From positions 102,488,001-102,552,000 of the forward strand of contig NC_058373.1 of the NCBI RefSeq assembly GCF_018350175.1: a stretch of DNA of 64,000 nt. Direction: 5' to 3'. The stretch is from Felis catus. Lineage: Eukaryota. Below the pieces are notes generated by a model, which did not search any database, had not been told where the DNA came from, and worked only from the letters and a program-made list of their open reading frames with translations. Shown one piece after another: positions 48,760-61,400 of the stretch (position 1 is the first letter of the stretch; every line of letters starts with the position of its first letter). A program made the position numbers and the translations under genes.

Positions 48760-49684
48760 AGGCTGGAAGGAGATACAACAAATTATTAACAGAGATGTGG
48801 GAATAAAGATAAAGTGTTTCCTTCTTTAGGTATTTCTGTACTTTATAAGTTTTCTACAATAATCACATGTACATCTATAATCAGAAAAAAAAAAGATGCT
48901 AATCAAAATTTCTCATGCTCCTTCCTAGAGGATCACATACACCATAAAAATATATACATAATCCCCTAAAAGTACCTAAATTCTTAGGTCTCCTGAGACA
49001 GATTATAGTCCTTGGGTTCCTTAAATCTAAAAGGGGAAATGAACATGAATAGCTTTTAGGTCACTGGTGGGGAAGACTCCCCGTCTCTGATTTGTACATT
49101 ACGTTTGTTACAAGAATTAATAATTTCTGGCTCTAGAAATGAGGCAGTAAGGCTTCCCAGGCAAAAGTGAGAGAGCACAGCCTGTGCCTGGGAAAGAGAA
49201 CACAGCAATCTCCCTTATACAAGTAGAGACGGTTGAAGAACTAAATACTTCTTCAATTAAAATACTAACCAGTAAGAATTACTAGTCACCAAATTTTTTT
49301 TCCTTAAATTCTTTAGGCATACAAGGGTATGATGTTTACTGACAAATGTAATATGAAAAAACAAAACAAAACAAAACAAGATGTGGTCTAGATCAGGACG
49401 GTTCTTTTATGTTAGAATATGAGAAAATACAGTAAAAATATACTCTGCTAGCGGGAATGAAGGCTAAGTCATTAAAAGAAAATAGAAACGAAACCACTGT
49501 TTAGTTTCCTCACTTGTAAAATGGGAATAAAGCTTACCCTACTTGGCTGCAAGGATTAAATAAGATAAATGCGAACATAAGGTACAACTTATTAGCGTGT
49601 AATACATGTTAGTTTCCCTTTTCTTCACTGCAATGAGTGATTTTGTACTTAATCTTACTAATGTATTAAAATAAACTACATATA

Positions 49685-49911
49685 GGGGCGCCTGGGTGGC
49701 GCAGTCGGTTAAGCGTCCGACTTCAGCCAGGTCACGATCTCGCGATCCGTGAGTTCGAGCCCCGCGTCAGGCTCTGGGCTGATGGCTCGGAGCCTGGAGC
49801 CTGTTTCCGATTTTGTGTCTCCCTCTCTCTCTGCCCCTCCCCCGTTCATGCTCTGTCTCTCTCTGTCCCAAAAATAAATAAAACTTAAAAAAAAATAAAA
49901 AATAAAAATAA
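49685..49911 (+). mobile_element. Young felid Can-SINE
   Basis: 18-bp TSD TAAAATAAACTACATATA at 49667-49684 and 49912-49929. Confidence 0.95.
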
Positions 49912-50273
49912 TAAAATAAACTACATATATAAAAATATAGTTCAGATCTGGGAGTGAGTTTAAGAATCAGCATAGCCCAGGAGTAAGATACAAATACTCT
50001 GAATTGCCTCATGTTGAAAATAGGTTAATAACTCATGGGTCTGCGATAGGGAACAAACGAGATTATGTGAAAGCCTTTTATAAATTCTAAAAGGCATAAC
50101 GAAAGAGCAGCCATTGACACTGACAGAAAACAGAAGTTGTATTTTCTCAGCAGACCCACAGACGTTGGCACAAATACAATTAATAAGCTGCATGGGATGG
50201 GAGTTGAGACCCTTTCTCAAGGACATAAACAGCAGTAAGGTTGATAAACTCTTATCTAAAGATGGAGTGTTTA

Positions 50274-50489
50274 GGGGCGCCTGGGTGGCGCAGTCGGTTA
50301 AGCGTCCGACTTCAGCCAGGTCACGATCTCGCGGTCCGTGAGTTCGAGCCCCGCGTCGGGCTCTGGGCTGATGGCTCAGAACCTGGAGCCTGTTTCCGAT
50401 TCTGTGTCTCCCTCTCTCTCTGCCCCTCCCCCGTTCATGCTCTGTCTCTCTCTGTCCCAAAAATAAATAAAAAACGTTGAAAAAAAAAA
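50274..50489 (+). mobile_element. Young felid Can-SINE
   Basis: TSD AAAGAT(G/T)GAGTGTTTA at 50258-50273 and 50490-50505. Confidence 0.95.
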
Positions 50490-50583
50490 AAAGATTGAGT
50501 GTTTAGCCACCTGTAGAGCTTTTGTTCTGCTAAGAAGGTATACAAACGTGGGTGCAGAAATGAATTCTCAAGACAGTAGATTC

Positions 50584-51004
50584 TTTTTTTTTTTTAAGTT
50601 TATTTATTTATTTAGAGGGAGAGAGCGTGCATGCACGTGTGAATGAGGGAGGAGCAGAGAGAGAGGAGAAAGAGGATCCCAAGCAGGCTCCATGCTGCCA
50701 GTGCAGAGCCCAACATGGGTTTCAATTTCACAACCATGAGATCATGACCTGAGAGAAACCAAGAGTCGGACACTTAACTGACTGAGCCACCCAGGTGCCC
50801 CCTTCGAGACAGATTTTTTTTTAATGTTTATTTATTTTTGAGAGAACACAAGTAGGGGAGGGGCAGAGAGAGGGGGACAGAAGATCCAAAGCAGGCTTTG
50901 CACTGACAACAGAGAGCCCAATGCAGGGCTCAAACTCACAAACCGTGAGATCATGACCTGAGCTGAAGTCGGATGCTCAACCAACTGAGCCACCTACGTG
51001 CCCC
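50584..51004 (-). mobile_element. Two tandem Can-SINEs (50584-50802, 50814-51004)
   Basis: Two T-tails and two ctgagccacc...gcccc heads; flank aagacagta(g/c)attctt repeated. Confidence 0.88.
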
Positions 51005-51642
51005 AAGACAGTACATTCTTATAGGCTACAATGAGTGACAACCAAAAAGATCCTGGAGAGAGAACAGAAATATCTAAAGAATAATTTTTTTGATGTTGGG
51101 TGTGTCTTCCCCCTTGAAATTTTCAGTAACATCTAGGATTTTCTGCTCATCTTTTACCCCACCACTCTTTTTAGCACCCCTATTTGTTTCCTGGTAAAAG
51201 CATAACATATATTCTTAAAACTCATCAGTGACCATAATGCCACATCATTCCTGAAAACCTACTTATAAAAGCAAGAGCCATATGCTTATAAATGTCTTTT
51301 TTGATCCAAGTTAAGATAACTGGTTCCTAAACCTACAGGCAGATTTTCTGGAGTGCTATGTTGTCTGTTGTACTCAGATTATGTTTCCCGTCCCATTCCT
51401 ACACCTATCATAACCTGGTAACCAATTTCTTTCCAGTCTTGAGTGGAAAGATTATTTAACTTGTCAGTTATCTATTGGGTAACAGTATTATGTTTGCTGT
51501 CAAATAATGTACACCAGAAAATTATGTTCCCATAAAAAGCCCCATAATTTAAAAATGTTCACCAGTACAAGATCCGAAGAAGATTGTGTTGAGAGTACTG
51601 CTTAATATCATTCCTCTTCATCTCTTAAAGAAGTACACAAGC

Positions 51643-51866
51643 TGGGACGCCTGGGTGGCTCAGTTGGTGAAGCATCCTACTCTTGATTTCGGCTCAGGCC
51701 ATGATCTCACAGTTTGTGGGACTGAACCCTGTGTCAAGATCTGTGCTGACAGTATGGAGCCTGCTCAGATTCTCTCCCTCTCTCTCTCTCTCTCTCTCTG
51801 CCCCTCCCTCCCTCACTCACTCTCTCTTTCAGAATAAATAAACTTAAAACAAACAAACAAAAAAAG
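51643..51866 (+). mobile_element. Can-SINE
   Basis: gggacgcctgggtggctcagttggtgaagc head, (CT)n, A-rich tail; TSD-like cacaagct. Confidence 0.9.
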
Positions 51867-52989
51867 CAGCGCACAAGCTAAAAGGCAGATGAAAATCAGA
51901 GAAAAAAGTGGATATTGTTTTAGGAATGGGACCAAGGTGGGGGGTGAGGAAAGGATAGCATTGGTGAGGATACCAAGATTTTAAGTCTTCCCACTGAACA
52001 TTAATAGAAAAAGAATCATTCAGATATTTTTCAATCAATCTACCCGCCAAACTCATTTAGTCCACAGAGTTATACAAAGACACATGTTCCGTTCTTAGGA
52101 GTCAAAGGAACTAATTGTGGTGAGGTAGATTGTTCATTAATATCTAATTTTCTTTGAACTGCACAATTAAAACCTTTACAATTAGCTAGTCTATTAACAA
52201 AAACTGAAAAAACACATTTACAAGAATTTTGATATGCACTGTAATGTTCAAGATCTACGTACGCACAGCTAATTTGGCTAATTTGCTGAAAAGAATCAGA
52301 GGTTAAACAAGTGTTTTTAAACTGTGCTGTAAGTGTCCATATTTTATTTCCAAGTGTTTTCCCACAGTTGGTGAGGGGCTTTTCATACAGTAAAGGGGAA
52401 AAAAGTCTGAAGGCAAAGAAGACAAAAATGTTTTATAATACTGAAGACAGTGAAATATCTCACAATCAAGCTATGACCTGCACAATTGAAGGCTTATTAG
52501 TAGTAAGTGTAAATCCTTGAGAGCAAGAGACCTTTCTCCTCTGTAACTTGCCAGGATATTTTATGGAGATAGCTGTATCCATTGAGAGCTCATTAAGAAT
52601 GATTTGATTATTAGGACAGTGGTCCTGGGTCTTAAAAGGTTCTTGCATCGTACTAGATACAGGGCACTGTTCTGGGAACAAAGGAAAACAAAACAAAACA
52701 AGACAGTCCACTTGTTAAGGAACGCACAGTTGGGAAAAGGGAGAGATGGTGGGAGAAGCGAAGCTAGCTACGCAGACCACTGTGGCAGTCCTGTTATCAC
52801 TGAGCCCTAAAATGCCGTTTTTTATTTTTAAAAAAATGCCTTTTTTATCTCTAAATTTTGAATGGTTCTGGTATTTCTGCTTAGTCAGAAAAAGAAACCC
52901 ACTATTACACACTCCTCTTCTGAAAACTCACTTTAATTTTCAGATTTAGCAAAAAATTTCTATCTCCATTTTTAAAGTGGTATTACCTT

Positions 52990-55110
52990 TACCATTCTCT
53001 CAACAGTATGCCTGCTATGTACTACCCACTGCTGCTCCACAAAGCACTGGTGATCCGACTGAACAAAACCAGAATTCATGCCTTCATGGAACTACATTCT
53101 GGATGGAGATATCTTCCTCAAATAAACAACATTTTGTATCATGCTCAGCACCATGAAAGAACTGCATATTGCAACAGAAAAGAATGGGGAGAGACGGAAG
53201 TGCAAAACTACCTTAGTAAAGGACAGGGAAGGCCTTGCTGAGGAAGTGACGTTTTTAAGTAGGGACATGAAAGACAAAGTGGCAATCAAGAGGAAAAGTG
53301 TTCAGGCACAAGGAGCAGTAAGGGAAAAGGCCCAGTGGTGGAAAAAGTTTCATGTGTTTGAGGATTTGAGAGAAGGTCCCTGACTATGGAGAAGTATGAA
53401 GGAGCACGGCAGAAGTTTCTTTCCTGAGCGCTTAATTGAGCGCTTAATATATGCTAGACATCACGCTAAGTACTTTAATGCTCCCCCTTACATGAGCACT
53501 ACCAAACTTATGAAGTTAGGGTCCCCTCCCCCTTTTCAAAATGAAATAAACAAGCATAGGAGATATTAAGAAACTTGTTCAAAATCACACAGCAAGTGGT
53601 AGAGTGTGGGTTCGATTCAATGCAGCATGAATCCAAAGCCCACACTTTAACTCAAACTTATAGCCAAAGTTAGAAGATAAACAGTAGACAAATCAAGTGG
53701 AGCTTCAAATGCCACATTAAGGAGCTTACATTTTATTTTAAATGCAGTGGAAAGCCACTGAGAAGTTTAAACAAAACTGTGACATTATCTGATTTACATT
53801 TCTACTGTGGCTGCTGTGTGGAGGAGTTGTATGTGTAAACGAAAGGAAATCAATAAGCAGTTGGGAGAGAAATGATGGCTGTCTGGACTACAAGTAAACC
53901 AATTCAGGATCTATCTTGGAGCAGATAAAATTAGCCTTGCCAATGATTTGGATACATGGAATAAGAAAAAAGGGAAAGTCTCAACTCCTAAGCTTCTGGA
54001 TTTAGTAACAAATGGATCATGATGGATAATCATGAAATGGTTTAGGATCAGACTGAGTTTAGGAAAAAGGGATAGTCATTCAATCATTTGACAAATCTTT
54101 ATTAAGCTTCTATTATGTGAAGCAGACTACAAAACTGGTAAAGTTTCATCTTCACAGAGCTTCCATCACTGGGGTGGGGGCGCGGGGAAGGCAGACAAAT
54201 TAATAAATAAACCATAAGATAGTGCTAAATGCTAAAGAAAACAACAAAGCGGGTTAAGTGGAAAAAGAGGTCACTATTTTAATTAAATGGTTAGAGTTTC
54301 TCCAATGTATGAGCAGAGCCCTAAAGGAAACAAAGGAAGCAGGCTGAAGATTTCTTGGAGAAAAGAGTTCCTGACAGTTTGAGTAAGACTACAATAGCTC
54401 CGAGACAGGAGTGTTCTTGGTATGTTTGAGGACTGGCAACGTCAGGGTGGTATAGCAGATGAGGTAAGTCAAAAATAGGAGATCAGAGAAGAGACAGCAT
54501 GGAACTTTTGTTAAGGACTTTGCCTTTTTTTTTTTTTTTTAATATTTTGGGTAAAACAGGAAACCCTTCCAAGATTGAAGATTTGAAGAATGGAAGAGAA
54601 ATGTTACTCCAGCCGCAATATGTACGAAATTACACTATGAGGGAGCAAGGGTGGAAGCAGAAACTCAAGAGTCAATAATCCTCTGGCAGATCAGACCAGG
54701 AGCTAGTGAAGGGGTCAGTTTTAGACAGGTTTTTAAGAACAAATAGGATTTGTTGATGGGATTAGATATGGTGGCTTTGAGAGAAGTCAAGAAAGGCTGG
54801 CAGGGTTTTTTGACCTGTATCAAAAAAGAATGAGATGACCATTTACTGGGTTGGGATGAGCATGGGAGGAAGAACAGATTTATCATGGAAAACCATGAGT
54901 TCAGTCTGCCATATTAAGATGGAGATACTTATTACAAATTTAGAGACAGATGTTGAGTAGGCAGCTCTTTACTGGATTTCAGAGAGGTCTGGATTGGAGA
55001 CACAAGTCTGGCAGTCTTTAGCATTCATGAGAATGTATCTGGGAAAAAGTATAGACAGAGAAGAGAGTCCAGAACTGAAGCCTTGATAAACTCCATCAGT
55101 TAGACATTTC
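52990..55110. mobile_element. Cluster of decayed L2/MIR fragments
   Basis: L2-like motifs (cattcaatcatttgacaaatc; gagttcagt...gatgttgagtaggcag) and a MIR core near 53430-53650. Confidence 0.55.
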
Positions 55111-55148
55111 CGTCGCATGCCTAGTAGTCTTATAAGAAAGCAACTGAT

Positions 55149-56543
55149 GGCACAAAAACAGACACATAGACCAATGGAATAGAATAGAAACCCCAGAACT
55201 AGACCCACAAACGTATGGCCAACTCATCTTTGACAAAGCAGGAAAGAACATCCAATGGAAAAAAGACAGCCTCTTTAACAAATGGTGCTGGGAGAACTGG
55301 ACAGCAACATGCAGAAGGTTGAAACTAGACCACTTTCTCACACCATTCACAAAAATAAACTCCAAATGGATAAAGGACCTAAATGTGAGACAGGAAACCA
55401 TCAAAACCTTAGAGGAGAAAGCAGGAAAAGACCTCTCTGACCTCAGCCGTAGCAATCTCTTACTCGACACATCCCCAAAGGCAAGGGAATTAAAAGCAAA
55501 AGTGAATTACTGGGACCTTATGAAGATAAAAAGCTTCTGCACAGCAAAGGAAACAACCAACAAAACTAAAAGGCAACCAACGGAATGGGAAAAGATATTC
55601 GCAAATGACATATCAGACAAAGGGCTAGTATCCAAAATCTATAAAGAGCTCACCAAACTCCACACCCGAAAAACAAATAACCCAGTGAAGAAATGGGCAG
55701 AAAACATGAATAGACACTTCTCTAAAGAAGACATCCGGATGGCCAACAGGCACATGAAAAGATGTTCAGCGTCGCTCCTTATCAGGGAAATACAAATCAA
55801 AACCACACTCAGGTATCACCTCACGCCAGTCAGAGTGGCCAAAATGAACAAATCAGGAGACTATAGATGCTGGAGAGGATGTGGAGAAACGGGAACCCTC
55901 TTGCACTGTTGGTGGGAATGCAAATTGGTGCAGCCGCTCTGGAAAGCAGTGTGGAGGTTCCTCAGAAAATTAAAAATAGACCTACCCTATGACCCAGCAA
56001 TAGCACTGCTAGGAATTTATCCAAGGGATACAGGAGTACTGATGCATAGGGCCACTTGTACCCCAATGTTCATAGCAGCACTCTCAACAATAGCCAAATT
56101 ATGGAAAGAGCCTAAATGTCCATCAACTGATGAATGGATAAAGAAATTGTGGTTTATATACACAATGGAATACTACGTGGCAATGAGAAAAAATGAAATC
56201 TGGCCTTTTGTAGCAACGTGGATGGAACTGGAGAGTGTGATGCTAAGTGAAATAAGCCATACAGAGAAAGACAGATACCATATGGTTTCACTCTTATGTG
56301 GATCCTGAGAAACTTAACAGGAACCCATGGGGGAGGGGAAGGAAAAAAAAAAAAAAGAGGTTAGAGTGGGAGAGAGCCAAAGCATAAGAGACTGTTAAAA
56401 ACTGAGAACAAACTGAGGGTTGATGAGGGGTGGGAGGGAGGAGAGGGTGGGTGATGGGTATTGAGGAGGGCACCTTTTGGGATGAGCACTGAGTGTGGTA
56501 TGGAAACCAATTTGTCAATAAATTTCATATATAAAAAAAATAA

Positions 56544-56574
<31 letters not shown>

Positions 56575-56575
56575 A
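55149..56575 (+). mobile_element. Young 5'-truncated LINE-1 (ORF2 C-terminus, 3' UTR, (TAAA)n tail)
   Basis: ORF2 frame open 55148-56308 with the CCHC region; perfect 15-bp TSD AAGAAAGCAACTGAT at 55134-55148 and 56576-56590. Confidence 0.97.
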
Positions 56576-57469
56576 AAGAAAGCAACTGATTTCATTTCTA
56601 AAGCTATCACTTATTACACCAGCAGTTTCTAAAGTCATCAAGTGCATCAATGAGACACAGCAATGAACTAAAAAGATACACAAATCTCAAAAGAGAAACT
56701 CCATTTATGATCAGAGAAATACTAGGAACTCAAAATATTTCCAAATATAGAGGTGGTACAATCCAGTGGTTAGGTGCACAATATATGGGTTCATGCTGCC
56801 TGGATTTTAATTCTGATTCTTATGCTCATTATCTGTGTGACCAAGACAAGGCACTTACTGCGCAGCTTCCTCAAGAGTAAGTTGGAGGTAATAACATATT
56901 GGGCTGTTGCAAATGAATTAATACCCAAACTTTCACGCTCAAAAAGCTCTTACTATCAATGACACTAAATCACTGAAACAAACGTTGAGACCCTGCAGTT
57001 AATCAGACTAATTTTTCAATTACCTTAACCAGGGACTTGTAGCTCTGTGTTTAGATTTCAAAACAAGGCCAAAACATGTTCCTAAATTCAATTCTCTTAA
57101 CTAAGGGCTTGTGGCTCCCAGTCTGGATTTTTACAGAAGCCAAAACACATTGCCAAAAGCCTTAGCATCCTTGGAGGCATAGGGGGAAAGGGAGCAACTA
57201 GCTAATCCTAATCATCCATCAGAGTAAGCGTGTCTCATAACAAGGTGCAGCTGTGACACAGGGTATCACGGCCCAGAATCCTTCTTAACCAGTTATCTGA
57301 ATCTCTTCTGGTGTCTCCTCTAGAGAATGAATGTGCTTTAAAACACAAAGGTTAAACCAAGCTTTTGAATGGAAGTGCAGCAAAGTGCCGAGAATGCAAC
57401 TCTATGGGAGCAATAGGGGAAGAGTTATCCAGAGTCACCATCTATTCCTTTATCTTTAGTACCCAGGAG

Positions 57470-58200
57470 CACCGTGGGGTCTCTTCTCCCGCGGGTTACG
57501 GGGAAACCGCGACCTTCCTCATCTGGTCCCCACCCCCCGACCCTGACCCCTGGGAGCAAAGCGCCGGCGCAAAGCAGCTACCCACCCTCCCCATTCCCCT
57601 CCTCTCTCCGGGCCCCGGACGCGGGCCCCAGGCTCAAACCTCACTATTCGCCGAGCGGGAGGAGACACTCGGGAAAGAAACAATAGAGCCGGAGCGGCTG
57701 CCGTACCTCTCCCGGTCGCGGCCGTCGAAGTAGACGAAATCGCCGTTCTGGACGCACTTGGCGCAGGTCAGCCGCCGGCGGGTGGTGTTGCACAGCGGAC
57801 AACGCTCGACCGCCACGTACAGCCCCTCCGCGTCGTCCACGGAGTCCACCAGGTCCCGGGCGAGCGGCCGGGGCCCGCAGCCAGGAGCCTCCAGCGACCG
57901 GGCTCCCTTCCCACTGGGAGACGCCATGATGGCCTGAGAGCAGAGCCAGTCACGTGGGATTTTGTTTTCAACCAGGTGCATCCTGGGCGAGGAGGAGGGG
58001 CCTGGGGTGGTGCCGAGAGGGCGGGCGGGATCCCCGCGAGCCCCTCGCCCAGCCTCTCAGAACTGTCTGCCAGGCCCGCTGGCGGGAGGCGCTGTTACTT
58101 TTCCTTACGGCTTGAGGGGCAGCGCGCCCCCAGCGGGGAGAATTGTGTTAGAGGGGCGGGTCAGCCAAACAAAATGTCATCATCCGCTTGATCGTGCCAG
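57470..58200 (-). promoter_or_regulatory. ATG14: CpG island / ATG14 promoter with GC boxes, E-box and forkhead-like motif
   Basis: Dense CpG across exon 1; GGGCGG boxes near 58019 and 58154; GTCACGTGG at 57949-57957; TTGTTTT at 57962-57968; no TATA box seen. Confidence 0.85.
57707..57927 (-). CDS. ATG14: ATG14 exon 1 coding part (221 nt), N-terminal CxxC motifs
   Basis: [73 protein letters not shown](R); Kozak gccATCATGG; donor AG|GTACGG. Confidence 0.97.
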
Positions 58201-59259
58201 GGCTACAAGTTAACGCCACAAACTTGTGCAAGAAATAGTAACACAATGCCCTAGGGATTTGGGGAAAACGGGCTGGGAACAAAATCAGAGAATTTCTTTA
58301 ATTCGCTATGGATGCTTTTAAATTTGGTTAAAACTACAGCAAACAAAGTTGGGCGAGGAGTCTGGGTTTTGGAAAGAGGTTGTATTTCGGCTCACTCACC
58401 TCCTCTATAGCTTTGTGATTTGGTCTGTACTCGTGTTCTTATCTGTTAAATGGAGACAGTTAACAGTACCTACCAAACGTTGGGAGGATTAAAAATACGT
58501 TTAACAGTAATCTGTTAGCAATCTGACAGTACTTTACTGATAATAGCGAACCAGTGGAATCAATCCAAAGAAATCAAAGTTATCTCTCTGAAAACTGAAT
58601 TTTAAATTAATGTCCAACATTCTTCTACTCTGGGCCATGCTCTGAAAATTGGAACTAGGTAGAATTTAACCTAATTCGATTACTCCAGACTATTTTCTGT
58701 GTAGATAAATAGGGTGGCTCGGAGGATGAAGTCAGAATAATTAGTGTTTGAAAATGCCTCCAAACTACAAAAGGAAAAAAAAGGAAAGTGTGTTTATAGG
58801 TCAATTTACCTAGACAAGTGATTCTCCAGGATTATTTTGGTGGGCTGTCAACTGATGACTCCCTTGAATTCTCTAGCTGGGACTTCTCTCTCAAGCTCCA
58901 CACCTAAAGATTCACAACTCCCTAGGAGGCATAAAGTGATGTACAGTGGCCACCACAAACTCAGTACGTCGGGAACTGAACGCTTGCTCCTCACAAATCT
59001 GTTTACTCATCTTGGTGAAAGACACAATCCCTGAGCACTTGGGAACAAGAGTCTTGAGTCATGTTAGCCCCATCCCCCACTGATAACCTGCACATCTCCA
59101 TCAAATTCTGAGGATTCCACAATCTCTTTAGGTCTTGAATCTGAACCCTTTGCTCCATTCTTTTAGTTTTATCTCGTCTATTGTAATACAAGGACACAGA
59201 ATGATAAACACATACGAAAAAGAAGTCCCTAAACTGTTTTCAAAATAGAGCTCACACTA

Positions 59260-59740
59260 AACCTGAATGGTTCCTGAAAGTTTATTTTTAAACAAGAGGA
59301 ATAATTTCCTCTATCATTTCAAGCACAAAGATATTTTAAAAGGAAAAAAAAATAGACACATTAGTTTCTATCCTGCTATGTGATGTTGCAGTTATGATCT
59401 AGTCTAGGCAGTTATCTGAAATTTCTATATATCGCTATATATTTGCGGGGAACATGTTAATATACTACATCTCTAGCAGAACATTACATTTTGATGATTA
59501 AACATGATTATCATTCTAGCAAGGCCATTAATCTCTCATATTCTGAAAAGTTTACTTGTTCAATTTTCAAAGTAATATGGGTGTCATTTTGAAAAAGAAG
59601 TTTCTTTAGTTTTTAGGCATGAATACTCATATAGAATCATCCTTTAACAAATAAAGTCAAAATGTGCGTGTTTGTGTGCTGAGCTTATGCACATTCTCAA
59701 ACCAATATATTATGAGATGCTGAATGGTTGAATGACGTAC
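59260..59740 (-). other. TBPL2: Putative TBPL2 3' UTR, candidate AATAAA at 59281-59286
   Basis: First canonical minus-strand AATAAA I found downstream of the stop; end inferred. Confidence 0.5.
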
Positions 59741-59817
59741 TCAGGCTTTTTTAAAACCCTTTAGAATAGGATAGATGTTTTCAAATGCTTCATAGATCTC
59801 AGAACGTTCTTTGGCAC
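59741..59817 (-). CDS. TBPL2: TATA-box binding protein-like 2 (TRF3/TBP2), last coding exon; upstream exons lie beyond the window
   Basis: tttatag|GT GCC AAA GAA CGT TCT... = (G)[24 protein letters not shown], a TBP-family C-terminus of the TBPL2 type; agrees with the known mammalian order FBXO34-ATG14-TBPL2. Confidence 0.93.
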
Positions 59818-60910
59818 CTATAAAGAAATCCAAGTTTATATAATATTTAATATAAAAATACCAAAATTGTTTTAAGAATAAAATTTCATCTGTCACCTCC
59901 AATTACCTATAATATGAAGATATCTCTTTAGGTTTACCTGAGAAGTGACATTTTGGTAAATACAGAAGAATTTGGTGAGGACAGCCACATTCCCATGAAC
60001 ACATACCCTAGAGCAGAGCTTTCTAGTACTTTGCTGTGTGGGTGTATCAGTTCATCTTTAGTCTCACAGAGTATGAAATATGGAATGTTATCTCTCAGCA
60101 TGCCATGAACATGACCAGAGAACGTGACTTTTGTCAGCACCTGTGGGCACTCAGCTGCCAGCACAAGGGACTTCCTTGGATCCCCTCATGTCTAGTTGAC
60201 ACCTTGATTCCCTAATATTGCCTAACAGAGTGAGACAAACTGCAGCAAAAATTTTACATTTCATTGTATAAGGAGAGATTATTAGAGGAGGAAAACTGTG
60301 CCACTGTCACTCCTTAGAGTCTGAAGTTTCAAGGATCTTTCATTGTAACTGTCCTAGGGATTAAAATGGATAAAAACATGAATTAGACAAGGTCCCTACC
60401 CTTGAGAGACAGCAGTCAGGCCCTGCTCATCTATCTCTCACCACCACTCACTGCCACCAACTGCTTCCACCTTCAAAGCTATGCAGGCACATTGTATTAA
60501 GGGTTCTAGACTGGTAGTACTTATGTTCATATGGAGCTCTCAGCTAATTGGGAAACTATTATCTGCTATCATTGGCAAGAAGCAAGTTAATTCTCTTATT
60601 AGCATGAAGAGAACTTATTAGCATGAAGAGTCTTACGCTGATAAAGACTCTTCCTGGAGAATGTAAAATGATTCAGCCACTGTAGAAAACAGTTTGGCAG
60701 TTCCTCAAAAATGTTAAGAATGACCAGATGACCCAGCAATTCTACTCCTGGGTATTTGTCCCCAAACTGAAAACAGATACTCCAACAACATGCATGCACA
60801 CACGGATTCCTTGCAGCATTATTCCCAATAGCCAAAAGGTGGAAACCCAAGTGTCCATCAATAGATGAATGGATAAACATGTTGTAATATACACATACAA
60901 TGGAATATTT

Positions 60911-61115
60911 TTTTAATGTTTATTTTTGAGAGAGAGACAGAGACAGAGCATGAGTGGGAGAGGACAGAGAGAACAGGAGACACAGAATCTGAAGCAGCCT
61001 CCAGGCTCTGACCTGTCAGCACAGAGCCCGATGCAGGGCTTGAACCCACAGACTGTGAGATCATGACCTGAGCCGAAGTGGGACACTCAACCAACGGAGC
61101 CACCCAGGCGCCCCC
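60911..61115 (-). mobile_element. Can-SINE nested in old L1
   Basis: TSD CAATGGA(A/T)TATTT at 60898-60910 and 61118-61130. Confidence 0.9.
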
Positions 61116-61196
61116 AACAATGGATTATTTAGCCACAAAAAGGAATGAGGTTGTGATATATTCTGCAGTGTGGATGAACCTCAAAAACATTATGCC

Positions 61197-61400
61197 AGGG
61201 GTGCCTCGGTGGCTCAGTTGGTTAAGTGTCTGACTCTTGGTTTCGGCTCATGCCATGGTCTCAGTTTGTGAGATTGAGCACGGTGTCAGGCTTTGCACTG
61301 ACAGCTTGGAGCCTGCTTGGGATTCTCTCGCTTTACCTCTTCCTTCTCCCTCTAGCCTTTGTCCCCCGCCTCTCTCAGGCGGAGGGGGGGTAGGGAGGAA
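61197..61400 (+). mobile_element. Can-SINE nested in old L1
   Basis: TSD AAACATTATGC on both sides. Confidence 0.85.

Noticed and set aside
53425..53448. Short tandem duplications (also 18214-18260 and 60595-60630) as array-like repeats
   Set aside because: Two-copy slippage duplications without spacer structure; nothing CRISPR-like in this mammalian DNA.
55319..56308. 329-aa ORF as a novel gene
   Set aside because: It is the C-terminal part of L1 ORF2 in a 5'-truncated, TSD-flanked insertion, with no promoter, endonuclease or RT core.
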